The notes beneath the pieces were generated by a model. It saw only the letters and a program-made list of their open reading frames with translations. It did not search any database and had not been told where the DNA came from. Of a DNA stretch of 64,000 nucleotides, positions 14,301 to 25,200 are shown one piece after another. The DNA lies in assembly GCA_964016885.1 (NCBI GenBank), contig OZ024745.1:67766001-67830000 (forward strand), read 5' to 3'. Within the stretch, counting starts at the first letter, position 1. Every line of letters starts with the position of its first letter. Source of the DNA: Eledone cirrhosa (lineage: Eukaryota). The position numbers and the translations under genes are program-made.

Positions 14301-17300
14301 AGGTATAACATATGTCAATATACCACTGAAGTATAACATATGTCAGTATACCACTGTAGTATAACATGACATGTCAGTATACCATTGTAGTATAACATGA
14401 CATGTCAATATCTCACTGTAGTATAACAGGACATGTCAATATCTCACTGTAGTATAACATGACATGTCAGTATGCAATTGTAGTATAACATGACATGTCA
14501 GTATACCACTGTAGTATACCATATGTCAGTATACCATTGTAGTATAACATGACATGTCAATATACCACTGTAGTATACCATGACATGTCAGTATACAATT
14601 GTAGTATAACATGACATGTCAGTATACCACTGTAGTATAACATGACATGTCAGTATACAATTGTAGTATAACATGACATGTCAGTATACCATTGTAGTAT
14701 AACATGACATGTCAGTATACCATGACATGTCAGTATACCACTGTAGTATAACATGACATGTCAGTATACCACTGTAGTATAACATTACATGTCAGTATAC
14801 CATTGTAGTATAACATGACATGTCAATATACCACTGTAGTATACCATGACATGTCAGTATACAATTGTAGTATAACATGACATGTCAGTATACCATGACA
14901 TGTCAGTATACCATGACATGTCAGTATACCACTGTAGTATAACATGACATGTCAGTATACCACTGTAGTATAACATGACATGTCAGTATACCATTGTAGT
15001 ATAACATGACATGTCAATATACCACTGTAGTATACCATGACATGTCAGTATACCACTGTAGTATAACATGACATGTCAGTATACCACTGTAGTATACCAT
15101 GACATGTCAGTATACCATTGTAGTATAACATGACATGTCAGTATACAATTGTAGTATAACATGACATGTCAGTATACCACTGTAGTATAACATGACATGT
15201 CAGTATACCACTGTAGTATAACATGACATGTCAGTATACCACTGTAGTATAACATGACATGTCAGTATACCATGACATGTCAGTATACCACTGTAGTATA
15301 ACATGACATGTCAATATACCACTGTAGTATACCATGACATGTCAGTATACAATTGTAGTATAACATGACATGTCAGTATACCACTGTAGTATAACATGAC
15401 ATGTCAGTATACCACTGTAGTATAACATGACATGTCAGTATACCACTGTAGTATACCATGACATGTCAGTATACCATTGTAGTATAACATGACATGTCAG
15501 TATACAATTGTAGTATAACATGACATGTCAGTATACCACTGTAGTATAACATGACATGTCAGTATACCACTGTAGTATAACATGACATGTCAGTATACCA
15601 CTGTAGTATAACATGACATGTCAGTATACCATGACATGTCAGTATACCACTGTAGTATAACATGACATGTCAATATACCACTGTAGTATACCATGACATG
15701 TCAGTATACAATTGTAGTATAACATGACATGTCAGTATACCACTGTAGTATAACATGACATGTCAGTATACCACTGTAGTATAACATGACATGTCAGTAT
15801 ACCACTGTAGTATAACATGACATGTCAGTATACAATTGTAGTATAACATGACATGTCAGTATACCACTGTAGTATACCATGACATGTCAGTATACCACTG
15901 TAGTATAACATGACATGTCAGTATACCACTGTAGTATACCATGACATGTCAGTATACCACTGTAGTATACCATGACATGTCAGTATACCACTGTAGTATA
16001 ACATGACATGTCAGTATACCACTGTAGTATACCATGACATGTCAGTATACCATTGTAGTATAACATGACATGTCAATATACCACTGTAGTATACCATGAT
16101 ATGTCAGTATACCACTGTAGTATAACATGACATGTCAGTATACCACTGTAGTATACCATGACATGTCAGTATACCATTGTAGTATAACATGACATGTCAA
16201 TATACCACTGTAGTATACCATGATATGTCAGTATACCACTGTAGTATACCATGATATGTCAGTATACCACTGTAGTATAACATGACATGTCAGTATACCA
16301 CTGTAGTATACCATGATATGTCAGTATACCACTGTAGTATAACATGACATGTCAGTATACCATTGTAGTATAACATGACATGTCAATATACCACTGTAGT
16401 ATACCATGACATGTCAGTATACCATTGTAGTATAACATGACATGTCAATATACCACTGTAGTATACCATGACATGTCAGTATACCACTGTAGTATACCAT
16501 GACATGTCAGTATACCACTGTAGTATACCATGACATGTCAGTATACCACTGTAGTATACCATGACATGTCAGTATACCATTGTAGTATAACATGACATGT
16601 CAATATACCACTGTAGTATACCATGACATGTCAGTATACCACTGTAGTATACCATGACATGTCAGTATACCACTGTAGTATACCATGACATGTCAGTATA
16701 CCACTGTAGTATACCATGACATGTCAGTATACCATTGTAGTATAACATGACATGTCAATATACCACTGTAGTATACCATGACATGTCAGTATACCACTGT
16801 AGTATACCATGACATGTCAGTATACCACTGTAGTATACCATGACATGTCAGTATACCACTGTAGTATACCATGACATGTCAGTATACCATTGTAGTATAA
16901 CATGACATGTCAATATACCACTGTAGTATAACATGACATGTCAGTATACCACTGTAGTATACCATGACATGTCAGTATACCATTGTAGTATAATATGACA
17001 TGTCAATATCTCCCTGTAGTGCTATAATGATAATAATAATTGTTTCTATTTTTGGCACAAGGCCATGAATTATCCCAGTACATTACTGGTACTTTATTTT
17101 ATCGACCCCGTAAGGATGAAAGGCAAAGTTAACCTCAGCGAGATTTGAACTCAGATCGTAAAGGGACATAATGATAATAATAATGGTTTCTGATTTTAGG
17201 CACAAGGCCAACAATTTTAGGGGAGAGGAAAGTCAATTAAATCAACCCCAGTGCATTACTGGTGCTTTATTATATCAAACTTGTGAGGATGAAAAGTAAA

Positions 17301-17958
17301 GCTAACCTTTGAATTCAGAACGAAAAGGATCGTAACTCTATGCTGCAAAGCATGATGTCCAATGCTCTACCAACAATAATAATGTATAACAATATGTTAG
17401 TACATTATAATAGTATCACACCCAATAAGAAACGAGTAAAATGGTTGCCATAATTGTTGTAAAAAGGATCACATGATGAGTATGAACCCTCTCATGGGCC
17501 CACAACATTAACCCCTGCTTTAGCAAAGAAAATGGCTTTAAAATGCTTGTTGTTCTTCTTCTTGATAGCCCCCATATTTTAACACAACATGGCAGTATCC
17601 TACACTACAATGAAACATGAATTCAGTTTTTTTCCTCGGCACAATGCTGATGACATTGATCTACAAAGGTTCAGGCTTGTTGTAAGCTACATCAACCTCA
17701 TCATTCAGAGATCTTCAAAGATACGAGCTCCTGTCTTTTCTCTGTATTTATAGAAAAAATAAAATATGTAAATCCCTAACAGAATTGGTATGAAAAGTAA
17801 AGAGCTAACTTCTCCAGTCTTGTCATGGTGTGCTGCAACAGGAATAATTTCTTCACGAGCAAACTTGCGAGCAAGTTCCTGGATGTCTTTCTGTTCATCA
17901 GAAAGTGCTGTAAAGAAAAAAAAGATTAATGAATTAGTAGGGGGAAGTGTGTATGTAG

Positions 17959-17991
<33 letters not shown>

Positions 17992-19178
17992 GGGGGGCAC
18001 ATGGCTTAGTGGTTAGAGCATTGGCCTTGCAATCGAAAGGTTGTGAGTTCAATTCTCAGACCGGGTGATGTGTTGTTTCCTTGAGCAAGACACTTTATTT
18101 CACATTGCTCCAGTTTACTCAGCTGTAGAAATGAGATGATAGGGACTGGGGTCCCTAGCATTCCACTGCAAAGTGGTCGTGGAGGTGCTACGACAAAAAA
18201 GCACCCAGCACTCACTGTAAATGAGGTTGGTGTTAGGAAGGGTATCCAGCTGTAGAAATCAAGCCAGAATCAGTTCCCGTCCCACCCTTAAAAGCAGGGG
18301 AAAAAGCAGACGTAAAATGAAATGATGATGATGATGATCTGTTATGTTTATAGTATTCTAATATTGATTTCTAAGGCCAGCAAATGTTTTGGGGATGGGC
18401 CAAGTTGATAAAATCAACCCCAATATTTGACTGGTATATTATACTAATCTGTTTTGGAATCAGACTCACAACACCCTAATTATTAGGCTTGTACCTTCAC
18501 AACCTAACAAGTAAAAAAAAATGATAAAATAAAATAGCAATTAATCAGTTTTGTGATCATAAAATGATAGATTTGACTTATGAAAGTCAGCCATGTCTTA
18601 TCTTTTATCCAGAACTGCAATTTTATGTTTATTATGTAAAAGATTTGCTATAAAGGTAACATATATTCTTGAGTTTTGTATTTATTCTTTAACCCTTTTG
18701 TTACCAAATTTAGAAATCAAGCCAGAATCAGTTCCCGTCCCACCCTTGCAAGCAGGGAAAAGTGGACGTAAAATGAAATGATGATGAATGATGATATATA
18801 TATAGAGAGAGAGAGAGAGGGGGAGGTAAAACCCTGACCACAGCGCCAAGCATTGAGTACTCCTATCATTAGTTGTATCCTCGGTCTCAGCTCCACAGAC
18901 TCTCTCTCTCTCTCTTTATAGAAAGGGCAAAACATTATATAACTCAATTCATATGTAGATATATATATATATATATATATATGGGAGTATATAATTGCCA
19001 AATATCTTCAGAATGAGCTCAATGTGTTTATGCAATGTTGGCTGAAAAAATAAGAAATGCTTTTAAGGGAAAAGTATAGAAAGATAGACATGAACACAGA
19101 ACATATATAAGCTAATAGAAAGATGAAATCGAAATTCTACATAACTTATGAAGAATTTTGATTACATCTTTCAATTTT

Positions 19179-19232
<54 letters not shown>

Positions 19233-22200
19233 AAAATTGAAAGATGTAATCAAAATTCTACATAAGTTATGTAGAATTTCGATTTCATCTTTCTATTAGC
19301 TTATATATGTTCTGTGTTCATGTCTATCTTTTTATACTTTTATATATATATAAGTATGTACACGTACATATATATATGTATACAGACGTACAGTAGTATG
19401 TATATATATATACATACATGCACACATATATATATGTACGTATGGATTCACCGAATATTATAATGCTCGGTGTGTTTGTAAACAAACATCCCGAATTAAG
19501 CCGTAGTGTCTAGCAACCATCGTTGCTCATTTGTTCAACCCTGACAAAGGAACGCTGTACTAGTTTCAAGCTTATTAGCTATCATCAGCAACGTATACCT
19601 TCCTGCCAGATGATTGAACGTCTGAAAGTATATACTTTCCTTATGCATATTAACGGCTGAACAGCCTAATTTGCATATTGAGTGAGTTAATCGGCCGGGG
19701 TACCGAAAACGATAAACGGAAAAAATGAAACGAAATTTCATTTCTCACTCTTAGTACGGCTGTTACTTACAAACACACCGAGCATTATAATAAGTATTCG
19801 GTGAATCCATACGTACATATATATGTGTGCATTTATGTATATATATATACATACTACTGTACGTCTGTATACATATATGTATGTACGTATACATACTTAT
19901 ATTTAATTAACAGCCGTACTAAGAGTGAGAAATGAAATTTCGTTTCATTTTTTCCGTTTATCGTTTTCGGTACCCCGGCCGATTAACTCACTCGATATGC
20001 AAATTAGGCTGCTCAGCCGTTAATATGCATAAGGAAAGTATATACTTTCAGACGTTCAATCATCTGGCAGGAAGGTATATGTTGCTGACGATAGCTAATA
20101 AGCTTGAAACTAGTACAACGTTCCTTTGTCAGGGTTGAACAAATGAGCAATGATGGTTGCTAGACACTGTACGGCTTAATTCGGGATGTTTGTTTACAAA
20201 CACACCGAGCATTATAATAAGTATTCAGTGAATCCATACGTTCATATATATATGTGTGCATGTATGTATATATATATACATACTACTGTACGTCTGTATA
20301 CATATATGTATATACGTGTACATACTTATATTTAAGTAACAGCCGTACTAAGAGTGAGAAATGTTCGTTTCATTTTTTCCGTTTATATATATATATATAT
20401 ATATGTGTGTGTATCTCAACGTACACCCACTTACATCTCTCTCTCCACCACCGGATCTTGTTACCCGGAGATTTACCCATCTGCATTGTCGAGGCTTCCA
20501 AACGACTTAAAGAAATTAACCTTATTATTCCACAATGCTTCAAGCAAACTTCAATACTCTCATATATATGTATGTCTGCAAACAGAAATAACAAGGCAAA
20601 CAACACAGTACAATGAAGAAATATATTATTAGTTTTATGCTTGATATAGTAGGAAAAGAGTCTTAATGTTTCGGACGCTAGTCTTTCATGAGAAACTAAA
20701 GAAGAAATAGAAAGCTTAAGACAGGCAGTGGCGAAAACGAAAACAAATTTTTTACAGGAAAAAAACATGTCTATTCATGTCGTCATCTCTATAGGTTTCT
20801 CCCTATGAACAAAAGAATAGCTGTATGACACCTGTGTGCAAAGTGCAATGCTGCACGTTAGTGAAATATGAGCAGTGAAAGCTAGAGAGAAATGAAGCAA
20901 TCATACTTCATTGGATGTGTAATGTAAATGTGAGAACAGCAGAGCTTGGACAAACTGAGGGAAAAACTGGGTTTAAGAGGAATCAGAAATAGTGTGCAAG
21001 AGAGAAGACTGCATTGATATGGTGGACATGTGATGTGCATGGATGATGATTGTGGAGTGAACAAGTGCCAGGAAATCCCAGTAGAAGGAAGCCACAACAG
21101 AAGTAGACCATGGAAGACCTGGGTGGAGGTGGTAAGAGCTGATCTCAAATCACTGAGACTCACAGAAGAGAGGACAACCAGTGAAGAAATGCTGTGCTGA
21201 AAAGGACTGTCCGACCCAAAAAAGCGTGAAAAAAAACGGATGTAAAAAATGATGTTGAAGATGATGATGATGGTGTGTGTGTGTATGTGTGTGAGAGTAT
21301 TCTTTATTATAGCTAAGTGATAAGTTTTGTTACTCTGGAGTTTCACCTTTATACTCACAGGATCATCAGGTACACCATATGTCGATTCTTCGAGTTGTGT
21401 TGGCGTGTAACAGTTAAAAATGGTACCAAATACATTGGTAAAGTATAGACATCTTTCATCATCATCATCATCATCATCATCATTTTACGTCCGCTGCTTG
21501 CAAGGGTGGGACGAGTCTTATTCAGCACAGCATCTCTCCACTTGTCACAGTCCTTCGTCATCTCCACCGTGAGCTTCAACGATCTGAGGTCTGTTCTCAC
21601 CACCTCCGCCCATGTTTTTCGTGGTCTACCTCTACCACGTCTTCCTTCAACTGGCATTTCCTGGCACTTCTTCACCCATCAGTCATCCTCCATGCGCATC
21701 ACATGTCCATACCACCTCAGTCCCCTCTCTCGTACACTACATTCTATCCCTCTCAGACACAGTTTCTCTCTCAACACATTCATGCTGGGTCGTTTACGCA
21801 CATTGACATTGAACATCCAACGGAGCATGCTTGCCTCATTTCTCTCCAGCCGTCGCATATCCTCTGCAGTTGCTGCCCATGTCTCGCTACCATGCAGCAT
21901 CGCACTCCTCACACAGGCATCATATAACCGGCCTTTCGTACGCAGGGAGAAACCCTTCTTCGTCAGCAGAGGAAGCAGCTCCCTAAATTTCTTCCAACCC
22001 GTCCTTATTCTAGATACTATGGCCTTTATTATATATATATATAGAGAGAGAGAGAGAGAAATAAGAATTCTACAGGGCTAGAACAGTTCTAGTCATGTAG
22101 AAGTCATTTCAATATATATAATAAAGATGATATATATATGTGTGTGCGTGTGTGTGTGTATATTTGAAAAATGATAAGAGTGTGTACACGTAGTAAAATA

Positions 22201-25200
22201 TTTCATCATTAAAGAATAACAACCATCAGAAAAATCATTTGTATCATTTTTCAAATATAGTTTACTACTATATATCATCATCATCATTCCATTTTATGTC
22301 TGCTTTTTCCCTGCTTGCAAGGGTGGGACGGGAAGTGATTCTGGCTTGATTTCTACAGCTGGATGCCCTTCCTAACACCAACCTCATTTACAGTGAGTGC
22401 TGGGTGCTTTTTTGCCGTGGCACCTCCTCGACCACTTTGCAGTGGAATGATATGGACCCCAGTTCCTATCATCTCATTTCTACAGCTGAGTAAACTGGAG
22501 CAATGTGAAATAAAGTGTCTTGCTCAAGGAAACAACCCATCACCCAGTCTGAGAATTGAACTCACAACCTTTTGATTGCAAGGCCAATGCTCTAACCACT
22601 AAGCCATGTGCCTCCATTCATTCATATATATATATATATATATACACACACATGTATATCATCATTTTACATCCCCTTTTCCATATGTATAAATCTTTTG
22701 CTGATCTATATCACCAAAAAATGTAAACATTGGCAAGAAAAAAATGGTGCTTTCAAATAAATACTTGGAGTGGCATGTTTTGCCTGAGTTGCAGATAAAC
22801 AATCTCATCGCTCTTAGCATTGTAAGTACAATGATTGACATATTAAAAACCTGCAACCAATTACACTACTGTTCCCTGAAGGTTACATCATCATCATCAA
22901 CGTTTAACGTCCGTGTTCCACGCTTGCATGGGTTTGGACAGGGGTTTTCCCACTTGAGGCAAGAGTGATTGTCTTGCTCGCATAGGACTGTCTGGCGGGT
23001 TTTCTACAGCTGGATGCCCTTCCTAACACCAACCACATTTACAGTGTGGGGCTGGGAGGTTTTTACCGTGTTGTCTACACGGCCACATTACAGCGTGGAC
23101 TGTCTGGCAGGTTTTCTACAGCTGGATGCCCTTCCTAACACCAACCACATTTACAGTGTGGGGCTGGGAGGTTTTTACCGTGTTGCCTACACGGCCACAT
23201 TATAGCGTGTACTGTGTGTTTTTTTGTCGTGACACCTACACGATCTCATTTGTTTCGGCCTGGATGTTGTGGCACCAACATAACTTTACATTGAAAGGGG
23301 CGGTGAGGATGGGGTGGGGGTGGTGGGACGGGGGTGTATTTTGTTAGAGATGCCTACTGACTGTAGTAGGTTTTACTTTGTATTTAGGTAAGGCGGGTCT
23401 TCTCTATTACTGAGTACCGCCAAAGGTCTCGGTCCAGTGACATTGTCTTGGAGAGGTGTAAGTGTGTGAGGTCGGAATTTATCAGCTCGTAACAGGTTTT
23501 TCTGGGTCTGCCTACTCCGTGGCTACCGTCTATCTTTATTGCCCTGCACTTTGTTATACAGCTATCGTCTTTCATGCGCATTACGTGACCATACCAACGT
23601 AGCCTTCTCTCGAGTAAACAACATCTGATCCCTCTTATTTCTAATTTTTTCCTTAGTTCGTTTATACTTTGCCGTTCACGTATATTACTATTACACATCC
23701 AGCGGAGCATGCAAGCTTCGTTCCTCTCTAGTCTGCGTATATCCTCTGCACACAATGCCCAGGTCTCACTGCCATGCAACATTGCTGTTCGTATGCAGGT
23801 ATCATACAACCTGCCTTTCATTTTTAGAGAGAACCTTTTAGCAGCTAATAGTGGTATAAGCTCTCTGAACTTTTTCCATCCAGTTCTGACACATAACATT
23901 ATGTAAATGAAATAGAGAGAACCATTTGGTCTTGTTAGAGATTTGATTTTCTCACTAGTACTTATGCCACGATAAAAAGCACCTAATACATTCTGTAAAG
24001 TGGCTGTCTATTGAATGGAGACAATATAGGGTTGAGAGGACTCTTCAGCCTAGACAAGCACATGTCAACCTCTCTAGTGCTAGTCCTAAAATAAAATGTA
24101 CTCAGTATACTTTATAAAGGGGTTGGCTTTAAAGAGGGCATCCAGTTGTAGAAACCCTGCCAAAATATGGAACATAAGAGCAATATGTATTTATTTGACT
24201 ATGCTTTTTCTTGACTGTGATGAACCATCCAACCCTTGGCAACAGGAAAATGAACATAAAATGATGATGATGGAGTGAGCTCACTTACAAAAACTGATTC
24301 CAGGAGCTGCATCTGAGTAGAGACGTGGACACTGATTGATGTAACAATGGCTTCTTCTAAGAAGCTAAAAGAAGAAAAAAAAATTAATCTAGATATTTCA
24401 AAATACTTATTGAAAGCATAAGATAAATGTACGAATGTGACATGGTCCTCTGACCTATCTAAGATGGCAGTAACACCAAATAAGAACTGACCCAGATTGT
24501 AACAACCCAACCAATCTATGCCAGCATGGAAAGAAGGCATAAAATGATGATGATGATGACAGTATTTACATTTGAGTTCAAATCCCATAGAGCTAAATAC
24601 AAGAGTTATGTAAAATTGCTCCAGTACACTCAGATGAAAATGAGTACCAGCAGTAGCTGGGGATTTAACCCTGTGATAAACTGGCATCCTGTCCAGGGGG
24701 AAGTCTTGTACTCTGTCACAGAAACCAGGATAAGCAGGCATCACATTGGTATAACAGTTATTCCAGGAATGTTTCATAAGCTTGTTGATTCATTAACCCA
24801 TTTATTGCCATGTATGTTTTTTGTTGTTTTTTCATTCATGTATAAAGAAAATTGTCGCAGGAATGCTACCACTTAAAATAAAATTTCGCCGGAGATAGAT
24901 TAGCAAATTTTAATAAGGTGAGGCAATTATTATTCGAGACCCAAGAGAACACACATATATCTCTATTACTTAATTACATAAATATTTCACATAAAAATAT
25001 AGAATCAAAGTGAAAGAAAATATTAACTCAACACTGTGTCAATTGGTCACACATCACAAGGTGTGCCGGAGCTCCCTTCTAATACTTTTTGAGGTAAGCC
25101 AACGCACTGACAGCATTACACTGGGTGATAGCGTTTCTAAGGCGCTGGAACAACCAAGCACCCTCACCTGGAGCATTACTTGATACCTCGGTAAGGCGAG

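Larger units (their letters stand above)
19345..20385. mobile_element. 429-bp hammerhead-containing unit in partial tandem plus inverted copy (Penelope-like pLTR / retrozyme-like)
   Basis: TAACAGCCGTACTAAGAG recurs at 19908 and 20337 (period 429). 19345-19765 is the reverse complement of ~19908-20330. Flanked by TA runs. Confidence 0.7.

Noticed and set aside
14245-17020. CRISPR-like appearance of the palindromic 31-bp array
   Set aside because: Units are directly tandem with no unique spacers, there are no cas genes, and the context is a eukaryotic intron.
17991-18065. tRNA-like sequence with A and B boxes
   Set aside because: SINE head; continues into a repeat body and lacks a complete cloverleaf.
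19535-20138. Twin 68-aa ORFs (MKFRFIFSV...) on opposite strands
   Set aside because: By-product of the inverted duplication; no recognisable domain.
24790-24812. Alternative ACADM first exon (ATG GCA ATA AAT GG)
   Set aside because: The donor is weak and out of phase with exon 2; 26785-26811 fits better.
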